DNA from: an uncultured delta proteobacterium
Lineage (GTDB): Bacteria; Myxococcota; UBA727; VGSZ01
NCBI GenBank assembly: GCA_963775425.1
Contig: CAVZJB010000015.1
Span: 1-62,970 of the forward strand
Direction: 5' to 3'
DNA: 62,970 bases
Of the stretch, positions 20,382 to 36,988 are shown piece after piece; the stretch's first letter is position 1, and each line of letters opens with the position of its first letter. Both the position numbers and the translations under genes were made by a program. The notes under the pieces were generated by a model. That model worked only from the letters and a program-made list of their open reading frames with translations. It searched no databases and was not told where the DNA came from.

Positions 20382-20549
20382 CTACTTGATCTTGGTCTCT
20401 TTGAAGTCGACGTGCTTGCGAGCGACGGGGTCGTACTTCTTCTTGACCAGCTTCTCCTTCGCAGTCTTGCGGTTCTTGCTGGTCACGTAGAAGTAGCCGG
20501 TGCCGGCCGTGGACTCGAGCTTGATGAGCTCGCGGTTGCTCTTCGCCAT
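20382..20549 (-). CDS. rpmG: 50S ribosomal protein L33 (Cys-free type); not in ORF track
   Basis: Manual translation [55 protein letters not shown]. Confidence 0.97.
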   Translation of the reverse strand: MAKSNRELIKLESTAGTGYFYVTSKNRKTAKEKLVKKKYDPVARKHVDFKETKIK

Positions 20550-20775
20550 CGCTCTGACTCCCTGTCGTCTCTCGACGAAGGCTCGCTGCTAGCGCACCCG
20601 CGAGGCGGCCTCAAGACCGATCGCACGATGTCGTGCACACGGCCGGCCGGCTCGCGGTGGCGCGCTCGGTCGGTGTACTGACAGGTCCCTGACACCTCGT
20701 TGACACGCAACGGCCGTGCGCCTAACCGCGCGTTCGCACGCACGATCCACGACCGCCCCACGCCGCGAGCAACCC

Positions 20776-26526
<5,751 letters not shown>

Positions 26527-26540
26527 CGAGGGGGATCATC

Positions 26541-29348
26541 ATGAACACCATGAGCATCAGCACCATGACCCGCTCCTTGAAAAGCCTCGTCATCGCCCTG
26601 TTCGCCGCCGCCACGGTCCTCGTGGCGTTCGGGGCGCGCCCGGCAAAGGCCGCGCAGACCGGCGCCCTCGAGGGCTACGTCGTCGACGACTCGGGCCTGC
26701 CCATCCAGGGGGCGCGGGTGATCTTGACGTCGCCGCAGATGATCGGCGGCGCCAAGACCGCGGTGACGGACGCCGAGGGCAAGTTCCGCTACTCGCAGCT
26801 CGCTCCCGGCAAATACACGGTGGAGATCAGCCACAGGGACTTCACCGGGTTCAAGGAGGAGGACATCGAGGTCGGCATCGGCGCGCAGGTCATCAAGGAC
26901 TACCTGCTCGAGCCGGCGGCCAAGGTGGACGAGGGCGAGCAGCCGGTGATCAAGGTGACGGCGGCGGCGCCCATGGTCGACACCACCAAGGTGAGCGAGG
27001 GCATCTCCATCCGGCCGGAGTTCACCGACCGCACCGCCACGTCGCGCACCTACCAGGGTGTCGCGCTGTTCACGCCGGGCGTGGTCGACGGCGCCACCGC
27101 GCCCGGCAACGCGTCCATCCACGGCGGCACGCCGTTTTCGAACGTGTACCTGCTCGACGGCCTGAACATCACCGACCCCTCGACCCAGACCTTCTCCACC
27201 AACTTCAACTTCGACGCCATCGGCGAGCTGCAGATCCTCACCGGCGGCCTCGACGCCGAGTACGGCTCCACGCTCGGCGGCATCCAGAACATCGTCACCA
27301 AGTCCGGCGGCGACGACTTCACGCTCGACGGCTCGGTGTATTGGTCTCCCAAGGAGCTGATCCTCACGGACCCCAACGAGACCATCGACAGCAACTCCGT
27401 CGACGCCAACCTCACCGTCGGCGGCCCCATCATCAAGAAGAAGCTGTGGTTCCTCGCCTCCGGGCAGTACACCGACAGCACCTTCCAGTCGCAGTTGCCG
27501 TCGGGGCAGAGCCCCATCTTCCCCGGCGTGGACACCATCCCGCCCGAGCGCTTCAACGCGTTCTTCGGCCTGGGCAAGCTCACGTGGGCGGTGCTCCCGT
27601 GGGAGAAGCTGTCCCTGCTCATGCAGGGCGATCCCACCTGGATCACCAACGAGAAGCAGAGCTTCACCAGCCACCCCGACGCCGAGAGCCAGCGCTTTCA
27701 GGGCGGCGTGAAGATCGTCGGCACGTCGGAGACCACGCTGAGCGAGAGCCTCTTCTGGAAGACGCAGCTCGGCTACGGCGCCGACCGGATCCACGTCTTC
27801 CCCATGTCCAACAACTTCGAGAAGCCCGGCCACATCAACGAGAGCACGGGCACCGAGACCATCAACGACACCAGCGGCATCATCGACACGCGTCGCTACC
27901 GCCTCATCCTGTCGTCGAACCTCACCTACTTCCTCGACAACTTCGTCGGTGATCACGAATTCAAGGTCGGCGTCGAGGGCACGCTGGCGTGGAACGAGGA
28001 CATCAACGACTTCCCGGGCAACCCCGAGGACTGCCAGGCCGGCGGCAGGAAGTTCCCGTCGTGCATCTTCCTCGACAGCGGCATCAGCCGGGCCGGCTCC
28101 ACCATCGACGGCAAGGGCGACCCCTTCCAGATCCAGGTGTTCGACGGGCCGCTCGACAAGACCGTGAGCTCCAACCTCCTCACCGCGTACGTGCAGGACA
28201 TCTGGCGTCCGTTCCGCAGCCTCACCATCCGGCCGGGCCTGCGCTTCGACTCCAGCCGCGGCTACAACGACGTCAGCGACGGCGGCCAGGAGGTCTTCAG
28301 CTTCAACTCGCTGCAGCCGCGCTTCGGCGTCGCGTGGGACCCGTTCGGCGACGGCAAGACCGAGGTCCGCGGCGGCTACTTCATGTACAACGAGACCGGC
28401 CTGCTGCTCGTGCCGCAGTTCGTCGGCCGCAGCCAGGCGTCCACCACCTTCGAGTTCAACCCGGTCACCGAGCAGTACAACAAGAAGGTCGCGGAGTCCG
28501 GCGGCGACTCCGCGGTGATCTTCAAGCCGGGCATGAAGGCCCCGGTCATGCACGAGCTCATCTTCGGCGTGCAGCGCGAGCTGTGGGAGGACTCGGTGGT
28601 GTCGCTCGACGTCACCTACCGTCGTCGCCAGAACATGTTCGAGGACGACGAGTCCAACATCATCTGGAACGCCCAGGGCGACGACGCCGTGGGCTTCCAG
28701 AACGGCGAGCCGCGCTTCATCTTCTCCGTGGGCACGCCCGACGGCGCCATGGGGCAGTACATCGGCCTCGACGTGCGCTTCGAGAAGCGCCTCTCGGACA
28801 ACTGGCAGGCGCTGTTCACGTACACGCTGTCGCGCGACGAGGGCACCACCGAGGACCTCGTCACCTACACCTTCGACAACCCGCGGCAGGCGCCGTTCGA
28901 GTACGGCTTCTTGCTGAACGACGTCCGCCACAACGCCAAGCTCACGATGTCGTATGACCTGCCCTACGGCTTCATCATCGGCGGGACGGCGTCGTACCAG
29001 TCCGGCCGCCCCGACTCCAAGTTCTTCCTCAACAAGTTCTACGGCGGCTTCTTCGATCGGCGCGCGCCCAAGGGCTTCGACCCCAAGAACGTCGACGACC
29101 CCACCGACGACGTCGAGCTCCGCCTCCCGGACACGTTCCAGGTCGACGCTCGTGTCGCCTGGCGCCTCAAGGAGCTCACCACGCAGGACATCTGGCTCAT
29201 CGCCGACGTCTTCAACGTCTTCGACTCGCGGCCCACCATCGCCATCGAGGACCGCGACCTGCCGCCCGGCAGCCCCACGCAGTTCGGCCAGGCCATCGCC
29301 CGCGGCTCGCCGCTGACGGCCCAGCTCGCGGTCCGCTACCTCTTCTGA
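26541..29348 (+). CDS. Oar-like TonB-dependent outer-membrane receptor
   Basis: Signal peptide; carboxypeptidase-regulatory-like N-domain; YLLDGLNITDP, TGGLDAEYG, VTKSG plug motifs; C-terminal Phe. Confidence 0.93.
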   Translation: MNTMSISTMTRSLKSLVIALFAAATVLVAFGARPAKAAQTGALEGYVVDDSGLPIQGARVILTSPQMIGGAKTAVTDAEGKFRYSQLAPGKYTVEISHRDFTGFKEEDIEVGIGAQVIKDYLLEPAAKVDEGEQPVIKVTAAAPMVDTTKVSEGISIRPEFTDRTATSRTYQGVALFTPGVVDGATAPGNASIHGGTPFSNVYLLDGLNITDPSTQTFSTNFNFDAIGELQILTGGLDAEYGSTLGGIQNIVTKSGGDDFTLDGSVYWSPKELILTDPNETIDSNSVDANLTVGGPIIKKKLWFLASGQYTDSTFQSQLPSGQSPIFPGVDTIPPERFNAFFGLGKLTWAVLPWEKLSLLMQGDPTWITNEKQSFTSHPDAESQRFQGGVKIVGTSETTLSESLFWKTQLGYGADRIHVFPMSNNFEKPGHINESTGTETINDTSGIIDTRRYRLILSSNLTYFLDNFVGDHEFKVGVEGTLAWNEDINDFPGNPEDCQAGGRKFPSCIFLDSGISRAGSTIDGKGDPFQIQVFDGPLDKTVSSNLLTAYVQDIWRPFRSLTIRPGLRFDSSRGYNDVSDGGQEVFSFNSLQPRFGVAWDPFGDGKTEVRGGYFMYNETGLLLVPQFVGRSQASTTFEFNPVTEQYNKKVAESGGDSAVIFKPGMKAPVMHELIFGVQRELWEDSVVSLDVTYRRRQNMFEDDESNIIWNAQGDDAVGFQNGEPRFIFSVGTPDGAMGQYIGLDVRFEKRLSDNWQALFTYTLSRDEGTTEDLVTYTFDNPRQAPFEYGFLLNDVRHNAKLTMSYDLPYGFIIGGTASYQSGRPDSKFFLNKFYGGFFDRRAPKGFDPKNVDDPTDDVELRLPDTFQVDARVAWRLKELTTQDIWLIADVFNVFDSRPTIAIEDRDLPPGSPTQFGQAIARGSPLTAQLAVRYLF

Positions 29349-29349
29349 C

Positions 29350-30651
29350 TCAGCGCGCCACGAGCGTGAACTGTTGGATTGCCATGCCCCCGCGGCCGTC
29401 GCCAAGGACGACCGCGAGGGGCTCTTTCGTTCCGGCGGCGGTGCCGGCGGCGAAGGCCACGGTGACGGGCTGCTCCACGGGCAGGAAGATGTTGCCGGTG
29501 AAGGTGCCCGTCGCGTCGGCCGGGCCGACGACGTCGGCCTTGCCGTCGGAGACGTAGACGCGCCACGACAAGGTCTCGCTGGTGGGGCAGTCGAGGTGCG
29601 GCAGCAGTCCCGGCGTCCCCGCGGGGCACTGCCGCGGGTCTCCCACGTTCCCGACCAGCCCCTGGAACTGCTCGGCGTCCGCCTCGACGGTGGGCGCGAT
29701 GTCGAGCGTGCCGCCGACGGGGACCTCGAGGGTGTCGCCGGCGGCGGCGTCGACGGTGCCGTCGCCGGGGTCGCGCGCGTGCGCACCGGTGCGCAGGCCG
29801 AAGAGCACGGGCGCCGCGTTCGTGGTGGGCGGGAAGGTGCACGCCGACGGCGGCGAGAAGGCGCACGGGCTGAGCGCGAAGCACTGCTCGTCGCAGACGT
29901 CCGGCGTGGGCGGGTCGCAGTCCTCGCCGGCCTCGACGATGCCGTCGCCGCAGACGGGGTCGCTGTCGGCCGCGGGGAAGCAGTCCGCGGGGCTGTCGCC
30001 GCAGTCGGAGCCGCCCGACGCGGCGATCAGCGCGGCGCGCTCGTCGGGGGCGATGCCGCCGTCGAAGAGGTCGGTCTGCATGGACATGCCGAGGACCGCG
30101 CTCTCCCGCTCGCGGACGCCGCCGACGGTGCGCGCGACCTCGACGACGACGCGGACGTCGGCCGGCGCGACGCCGAGCGCGTCGCTGCCGCTCTCGAGGA
30201 ACAGCTCGAGCACCTGCGCGCGCGAGAGCCGGAGGGTGGTGGACACGTCGACGGGCCCGAGCGGCTTGTGGGCGTCGGCGGGGAACGTGCCCGAGAACGC
30301 CGGCAGCGCCACCGCCGGCGTCGCGCAGCCCTGCTGCGGGAACGGCCGCGCGCCGCAGATGGAGATGACGACGTCGATGTCGCCGCCGCGGGGATCGAAG
30401 ATCGCCGGCGTCACCTTGAGCGTGAACGGCGCGGGCTCGGCCGCGCCGGTGATGAACGCGCTCGGCAACAGGATGGACGCGGGCTCGGCGACGACGGCGA
30501 GCACCCGCAGGTCCTGTACCCGGTGCTCCGCCGACGGCGTCTGGTCGAAGATCGAGCTCCACCCCGGCCAGCACGACGACGCGCCCAGCGCGGCCGCCGC
30601 CGCCAGCGCCGCCAGCGCCGCGGCGGGGCGGGGGCTCGTCCCGCGCGTCAC
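29350..30651 (-). CDS. Lipoprotein partner of TonB-dependent receptor
   Basis: GTG start overlaps upstream stop; leader ending ASSC; DLRVLAVVAEP; CGDGIVEAGEDCD myxobacterial Cys repeat. Confidence 0.8.
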   Translation of the reverse strand: MTRGTSPRPAAALAALAAAAALGASSCWPGWSSIFDQTPSAEHRVQDLRVLAVVAEPASILLPSAFITGAAEPAPFTLKVTPAIFDPRGGDIDVVISICGARPFPQQGCATPAVALPAFSGTFPADAHKPLGPVDVSTTLRLSRAQVLELFLESGSDALGVAPADVRVVVEVARTVGGVRERESAVLGMSMQTDLFDGGIAPDERAALIAASGGSDCGDSPADCFPAADSDPVCGDGIVEAGEDCDPPTPDVCDEQCFALSPCAFSPPSACTFPPTTNAAPVLFGLRTGAHARDPGDGTVDAAAGDTLEVPVGGTLDIAPTVEADAEQFQGLVGNVGDPRQCPAGTPGLLPHLDCPTSETLSWRVYVSDGKADVVGPADATGTFTGNIFLPVEQPVTVAFAAGTAAGTKEPLAVVLGDGRGGMAIQQFTLVAR

Positions 30652-33415
30652 AGGTCCACCTCGGCGCCGATGAGCGGGAGGATCGGCGGGCCGGGGACCA
30701 GCGTGCGCAGCTCGCGCGAGCGGTAGTCGCCGCCGGGGAACACCACCTCGGGGTTCGGCCAGTTGTACACGTTGATCACCTCGAGGAACGTCACCAGCGA
30801 GCACCAGGAGAACGTGAAGCGCTTGTCCACGCGGAGGTCGAGCCGGTGGAACGGATCCAGGCGCGAGGACTGCAACGTCGACAGCACCGGTTGGTACGTG
30901 TCGCTGTTCAAGTCGTGTCCCGTGGTGATGGAGTCGGCGATGGGCCGCGGGTTGCCCGTGACGAAGGCGAAGCGGCCGCCGACGGTGACGTCCCAGGGCA
31001 GGCTCACGCGCGCCACGGCGACCAGGTTGTGGGTCTGGTCGAACGGGAAGATCACGCTCTTTTCGCGGTGGTCGCCGAGGCTCACCTCGGTGCGTGACAG
31101 CGTGTAGCTCACCCAGCCGAAGAAGTGCTTGGTGGGCGCCCAACGCAGGAACAGCTCGAGGCCGATGGTCTTGCCGGTGCCGAAGCTGTCGTAGCTGCCG
31201 AGCGTCGACAGCGGCGCGATGAGCTGCGGGTTGTCCGGCTGGAACAAGCGCGCGAGCTCCCGGGTGAGGCCCGTCCGCTTGATGCCGTAGACCTGCGCGT
31301 CGAGCGTGACGACGTCGGTGAGCTTGCTCTCGAAGCCGCCGATCACCTGGAACGCCTCGGGCGGCGCCAGCGGGTGGCCGTCGACGTCGTAGGCGGCGCT
31401 CTGCGCGCTCGGGCGCTCGTGAAACAGCCCGAAGGCGGCCTTGAGGGCGTAGCCGCGCACGGGCTGCCAGCGCACCGACACGCGGGGGTCGACGGTCCAC
31501 GCGTCCACCACGCTCTTGGGCCGGCCGTCGTAGATGGGCTTGCCCGTGTCGTCCTCGAAGGTGAGCGAGAACAGCTCCGCGCGGACGCCCGGCGTGATGC
31601 TCACGCCCGCGAGGGGGCCGAGCTGCAGCTCGCCGTAGAGCGCCGCCGTCGACAGGGAGGCGTCGGCGCCCGTGGGGACGTCCTCGGGGACCGCCCCCGC
31701 GAACAGGTCGCCGCCGGGGACGAGCGCGACGGAGTAGGCGGCGCCGTTGTGCTCGAAGCCCGCGAGCGCGCGCACCCACTCGTTGGGCCGCAGCTCGAGC
31801 TCGTCGCGCAGCCCCCAGTTCAGCTCGTCGGTGGGCGAGTCCAGGCTGCTGCCCGACAGCAACGGGACGGCGACGCCCTCGGACAGGAGCCCGCGGCGCG
31901 TGGTGCCCACCCAGGGGCGCAGCGTGTTGGTGACGCCGGGCAGGGGCTTCAGCTCCCAGGAGCCGAGCAACCGGTGGAAGCGGTTGCCGAGGAACGTGTT
32001 GAGGAGCGCCGTCGACGTCGATGGCGTCGCCGTTGGCGTCGAGGCCCGAGCGACGGCGCGTCGCCGAGCACGGCCCAACTGTCCTCTTCGCCGAACATGA
32101 ACAGCGCCAGGGTCGACGACGGAGACACCGGCGCCTCGAGCTTGAGCTGGTAGTCGTAGTACAGCGGCACCGGCAGGAAGGGACGGGCGCGCCGAAGGCC
32201 TGGACGAGCGGGAGCAGCAGCGCCGCGGGGATCTCCGCGTGAGAGCGGCGCGCCGCGAAGCCGATCTTGAGCTTGGGCAGGCTGTCCACCGGCCGCACGT
32301 GGCCGCCGAAGAAGAAGCCGAGGTCGAAGTCGTCGACGTCGAGCTTGGCGTGGAAGGTGTCGTCGTCGAGGGCGCGCGCCTTGACGTCGACGATGCCGGC
32401 GGTGGCGTTGCCATAGCGCACGGGGAAGCCGCCGGCCATGAAGTCGATGCGGTCGATGAAGTCGCCGTTGATGACGCTTGTGAAACCGCCGAAGTGATAG
32501 AGGACCGGGATGGGGACGCCCTCGAAGTGGATGGCGGTGTCGGCGGGGTAGCCGCCGCGCACCATCAGCGCGCCGCCGAGGAGCGGCGCGCGCGCCACGC
32601 CGGGCAGGCTCTCGATCACGCGCAGCGCGTCGCCGTAGGTGCCCGGGATGCCCTGCACCTCCGCGCGCGACAGCGACACGCGCGAGACCGGCGGCTCGCC
32701 GCGCTGCCGGCGCACCACCGTGAGGAAGCCGTTTTGCTCCTTCTGCACGAGCGCGACGTCGAGGTCGTGGCGCCCCGGCTCGTAGTACTCGTCGTCGGAG
32801 AACGGCTCGTATCCGGCCAGGCCCACCTCCACGCGGTACGGCCCCTCGGGGATGCCGTCGAGGCGGAAGCGGCCCTCGTCGTCGGTCATCACGGTGCGCG
32901 GCGGCCCCACCTGGTCGTGCTCGAGGAGCCGGCTGACGTCGACCTCGGCGCCGGCGAGCGGCTGCACGGTCCCCGCCTTGCGCACGCGGCCGGAGAGCGT
33001 GAACGGCTTGCCGGCTTCCACGGGGGCGGCGCCCGCGCCGTCCGCCGGCGCACCGCTGTTGCTTCGCGCGGCGGCTTGTCCGGCGCGGGGGACCTCGAAG
33101 GCGAGCTTGTAGTCGACGGTGACGGCGGCGGGCTTGCCGTCTACCTCGGCCGGCGAGAACACGAAGTTTGTGAGCGCGCCGAGGGCGGCCCAGTCGAGGT
33201 CGGCGCCGGCGCTGTCGACGACGTCGACGCGGGTGACGAGGCCTTCGTCGTCGAGGGTGACGCGCAGGCCGACCACGCCGCCGCGGCCCTCCTTGCGCGC
33301 GCTCTCGGGGTAGGCCGGCGTGACCTGCGTGACGACCGCGGGCGGCCTTGGTGAGGACGCCCTGCGCCGCCACCGAGGGCAGCACGGCGAGCGCCAGGAG
33401 CACGGCGAAGCTCAC
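30648..33415 (-). pseudogene. TonB-C domain + TonB-dependent receptor fusion with four single-base frameshifts (pseudogene or sequencing error)
   Basis: Signal peptide, PAYPESAR TonB-C, IPGTYGDALR..LPGV plug and barrel pieces lie in three frames; shifts near 33347, 32181, 32046, 32010. Confidence 0.85.
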
Positions 33416-34452
33416 GGGATGTCGCGCCCCTCGCCGAAGCCGAGCGCCCAGAACACGGGCGCGGGGTGCTCGTGGTCGAGCGCGGTCAAGAGATCGCGCA
33501 CGGGCTCGTCGTAGCCGTCGTCGGCGAGGCGAAAGGTGCCGAAGTGGATGCCCACGGCGACCCTTGCGCCGAGGTCCTTTTGCGCCTGCACCGCCTGCGC
33601 CGGCGAGGTGTGCACGCCGCCCATGAACCACTGCGGCCGGTAGGCCCCGATGGGCAGCATGGCGACGCGGATGCCGGGGAAGCGCCGCCCGATCTCGGCG
33701 AAGTGCGGGCCGTACGCGGTGTCGCCGGCGAAGTACGCGCGCCCCACCTTGGGGCTGTCGACGACGAAGCCGGTCCACAGGGTCTCGTCGCGGTCGCACA
33801 ACCCGCGGTTCGAGAAGTGTTGGCTCGGCACCGACGTGATCGTCAGCCCGGAGACCTCCGCCGCGCCCCACCAGTCGAGCGCGGTCGCTTCGATACCCTT
33901 GGAAGCAAGGAATTCATCATTTCCCAGCCCGGTGACGAACACCGGGTGGAAGGCGTCGCGCAGGCGCTCGAGCGTGGCCACGTCCATGTGGTCGTAGTGG
34001 TTGTGGCTGATGAGGACGACGTCGATGGGCGGGAGGTCCTCGAAGCGGATGCCCGGCGGGCGGACGCGCTTGGGGCCCGCGAACGACACCGGGCTCGCGC
34101 GCTCGCTCCAGATGGGATCGGTGAGGATGTTCTTCCCGTCCATCTGCAACAGGACGGTGGCGTGGTTCACGAAGGTGACGCGCATGTCGTCGACGCGCGT
34201 GGGCGGCTTGGGCCCGGGCTTTTCATCGATCCAGTCGGGCCACGCGCCGGGCTTCCGCGTGCGCATCCAGCGGAGCATCCCGCCGAAGCCGGACATGCGC
34301 CTGCCGGCCTGGTGGAACGTCTTGCCGTCGAAGTGGTCCGACACCGGCCCGTGGTAGCCAGGCGCCGACAGCGCGCAACACCCAAAGCCCGCGCCGGCGG
34401 CGACGAGCAGCACGACCAGCCCTGCAGCGACGACGAGGGCCCGGCGGAGCAT
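33412..34452 (-). CDS. MBL-fold metallo-hydrolase (RomA/NAPE-PLD-like)
   Basis: ILTDPIWS, SHNHYDHMD, YFAGDT, LPIGAY, IHFGTF; N-terminal signal/TM. Confidence 0.93.
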   Translation of the reverse strand: MLRRALVVAAGLVVLLVAAGAGFGCCALSAPGYHGPVSDHFDGKTFHQAGRRMSGFGGMLRWMRTRKPGAWPDWIDEKPGPKPPTRVDDMRVTFVNHATVLLQMDGKNILTDPIWSERASPVSFAGPKRVRPPGIRFEDLPPIDVVLISHNHYDHMDVATLERLRDAFHPVFVTGLGNDEFLASKGIEATALDWWGAAEVSGLTITSVPSQHFSNRGLCDRDETLWTGFVVDSPKVGRAYFAGDTAYGPHFAEIGRRFPGIRVAMLPIGAYRPQWFMGGVHTSPAQAVQAQKDLGARVAVGIHFGTFRLADDGYDEPVRDLLTALDHEHPAPVFWALGFGEGRDIP

Positions 34453-34503
34453 GCGGAGAGCGCCTCGTGGGGCCGGACGGGCGGCGGACGGCATCGCCCG
34501 AGT

Positions 34504-35961
34504 CTACGCCACCGAGAGCAGCGCGTCGGCCAGCCCGCGCAGGGCGGCGGGGTCGGCGGCGTCGATCTCCGTGTCGACGCCGCCCACCGACAGCGTCCAC
34601 GTGCGGCCGCCGACGCGCACCCAGGCCCGCAGCACCGCGTGGCCCTCGACCGCCGGACGCGCGCGCGGCGAGAACACCACCAGGCGGCGCCCGGGGACGT
34701 CGAGCGGCGACGGCCCCGCCAGGAGCAACTGCGCGCGGCGGTGGGCGATCTCCGGCTGCAGCGACAGCGCCAGCAACGCCAGCTCCTCCTGCACCACCGC
34801 CTGCTCCTCCTTCGACGACGGCGTCCCGTGACCGAGGGCGACGGTCACGAACGACCCGAGCGGCCCGAGGCCGTGCACCAGGTCGGCTTGCAGCCGCGTG
34901 CACAGCCCGAGCACGAGCACCAAGGTCTGCGCCGACAGCTCGGGCAGCTTGTGCCGCAGCTCGGGCGCACGATCGACGACCAGCGTGAGCACGCGGCGCT
35001 CCTCGAGGAGCGGGCTCTCGTCGCGCGTGTAATACAGCAAGCCGCCCTCGGCGAAGCGCACGTCGAAGAGGTCCACCGGCCTCTCCCCCGCCGCCGACGC
35101 GTCGTCGTCGATGCCGGCGCCGACGTACGCCACCTCGGAGCGCACGAGGTTCTCGAAGACGCCCTTGGTGCTCACCGCGTCGAAGCCGCCGGCGGGGTAG
35201 GCGTCGGCGCTCTCCTTGTCGAGCGGCACCTCGCGCACGCGCCGCAGGGCGAGCAGCGCCCCGGGTGGCGCCGCGCCCACGCGCGCGCTCACGGCGTGCA
35301 CGTCGCGGAGCGCGCGCCGGGCGCTCTCGCTCGGGACGTCCTCGAGGTGCGCGATGTCCCAGAGCTCCGCTTCGCCGTACAGCCGACGCGCGGCGAGGAC
35401 GGTCTGGCAGCGGGCCAGGGCGTCGAGGGCGTCCGCGGCCTGGGCCTCGTCAACGGCGTCGCGGATCTGCTCCACCGACGACATCGCGTCTCTCACGTCC
35501 TCGCTGTCGACGAGGGCGCGCACGTGCGCCGGGTTCAAGCGCGGCAGCGGGAGCTCGGCGAGGAGCGGCGCCAGCGCGAGCGCCACCGCGTGGGCGACCG
35601 CCCGATCGCGCAGCGCGAGAGGCGTGCCCGACACCGCGACGTGCGCTTCGAGCACCGTCGCGTCCGTGGCCCAGCGCGCCACCACGCGGTCCTCGTACGC
35701 GAGGCGCACCGCGCGCTCCTCGTCGCTCCACGTGGACACGTGCCTGGAAGAGGCGAAGCGCAGGTCGCGCCCGCGCACGAGCAGGTGACCGAGGTCGTGC
35801 ACGAGGAACAGCGGGATGTGGTCGTGGCCCTCCGACGTGATCAAGAACAGCCAGCGGAGGGCGTCGAGCGCCGCGCGCGGCAGCGCCTCGTCGGCCGCGA
35901 CCATCGACATAGACGCGAGGAGCGCCGGCAGCACCTCCGCGCGCGTGAGGTCGCGGCTCAT
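34504..35961 (-). CDS. Degenerate vWA-like component of FtsH ternary-type system
   Basis: ATGA overlap with MoxR gene; YPAGGF...KG.FENLVRSE, DLFDVRF.EG.LLYY.RDE; LVVDRAP in place of DxSxS. Confidence 0.7.
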   Translation of the reverse strand: MSRDLTRAEVLPALLASMSMVAADEALPRAALDALRWLFLITSEGHDHIPLFLVHDLGHLLVRGRDLRFASSRHVSTWSDEERAVRLAYEDRVVARWATDATVLEAHVAVSGTPLALRDRAVAHAVALALAPLLAELPLPRLNPAHVRALVDSEDVRDAMSSVEQIRDAVDEAQAADALDALARCQTVLAARRLYGEAELWDIAHLEDVPSESARRALRDVHAVSARVGAAPPGALLALRRVREVPLDKESADAYPAGGFDAVSTKGVFENLVRSEVAYVGAGIDDDASAAGERPVDLFDVRFAEGGLLYYTRDESPLLEERRVLTLVVDRAPELRHKLPELSAQTLVLVLGLCTRLQADLVHGLGPLGSFVTVALGHGTPSSKEEQAVVQEELALLALSLQPEIAHRRAQLLLAGPSPLDVPGRRLVVFSPRARPAVEGHAVLRAWVRVGGRTWTLSVGGVDTEIDAADPAALRGLADALLSVA

Positions 35962-36953
35962 CGCTTCTCGGCGGAAAAGCCCAGGAGCGCGCGCACCTTC
36001 GCGCGCACCGCGGGCAGCTCGTGCTTCCGGTTGCCGCAGTACGACAGGAGCAGCAGGTCCGGTGTGTCGACGGCGCCGCCGTGGAACAGGAACGCTCGTG
36101 TGCGGATGAGCTTGTAGAGCTTCACCAGCTTGCGGTCGGAGACGAGCACCTTGTCCTCGGTCTCGAGCGTGCGCACCACGCGCCGCATCTCCGCGAACGC
36201 CGGCGGCGGAAACGCCGCCGCCGCCGTCGCCTCGCCCTTGCCCTCGCGCGCGAACACGAGGTCCATGTAGCGCTTGATCTTGAGGTAGTCGTCGAGGCTG
36301 GCGCTGCCGCGCGCCCAGGGCCTCTGCCCGGTGGCGTTGAACGCCTCGTTGCGCATGCCCGCCTCGATGAGCTCGGCGAAGTGCGTGTCCTTCACCGGGC
36401 GCGTCTCCACCTTGAGGATGAAGCGGTCGGCCATCGCGTCGAGCTCGCTCTGCTCGGGGATGTCGTTGGTGGCCGCGAACAGGACCAGCAGCCTCACCGG
36501 CAGGGGCTCGCCGTCCTGGTAGTACTTGCGCTCGTTCAAGATGGTCAGGAGCGTGTTGAGGATGGCGCTGTTGGACTTGAAGATCTCGTCGAGGAACGCC
36601 ACCCGGCACTCGGGGAGCTTGCCGCGCGTCCGGCGGATGAAGCGGCCCTGCTTCAGGAGGTCGATGTCGATGGGGCCGAGGATCTCCGATGGCTCGGTGA
36701 ACTTGGTGAGCATGTACTCGAAGTAATCGTCATCGTTGAGGCCGGTGGACTCGACCCACTTCACCACGAGATCGCTCTTGGCCGTCCCCGGCGGGCCTAC
36801 GAACAAGAGCGGCTCCTGCGCCGCGGCGCAGAGAGACATGAGGTCGATCTCCTCGGCGCGGTTCACGAAGAACGCATTCAGATCGCGCCGGTGCTGCGCG
36901 ATGCGTCCGCGCACGGCGTCGATCTCCGGCTCGAGCTCATCCAACGACCACAT
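35958..36953 (-). CDS. MoxR/RavA-type AAA+ ATPase
   Basis: GPPGTAKS, LTKFTEPSEILGP, FLDEIFKSNSAILNTLL, ATN, DRF, SDRK. Confidence 0.95.
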   Translation of the reverse strand: MWSLDELEPEIDAVRGRIAQHRRDLNAFFVNRAEEIDLMSLCAAAQEPLLFVGPPGTAKSDLVVKWVESTGLNDDDYFEYMLTKFTEPSEILGPIDIDLLKQGRFIRRTRGKLPECRVAFLDEIFKSNSAILNTLLTILNERKYYQDGEPLPVRLLVLFAATNDIPEQSELDAMADRFILKVETRPVKDTHFAELIEAGMRNEAFNATGQRPWARGSASLDDYLKIKRYMDLVFAREGKGEATAAAAFPPPAFAEMRRVVRTLETEDKVLVSDRKLVKLYKLIRTRAFLFHGGAVDTPDLLLLSYCGNRKHELPAVRAKVRALLGFSAEKR

Positions 36954-36988
36954 CGCGCCCTCCGATGACGCGGGGAGCAAGCCCCCGC

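Noticed and set aside
29350-33276. 1308-aa TonB-lipoprotein fusion in the ORF track
   Set aside because: Artifact of frameshifts; its middle is out-of-frame receptor sequence and the lipoprotein has its own start at 30651.
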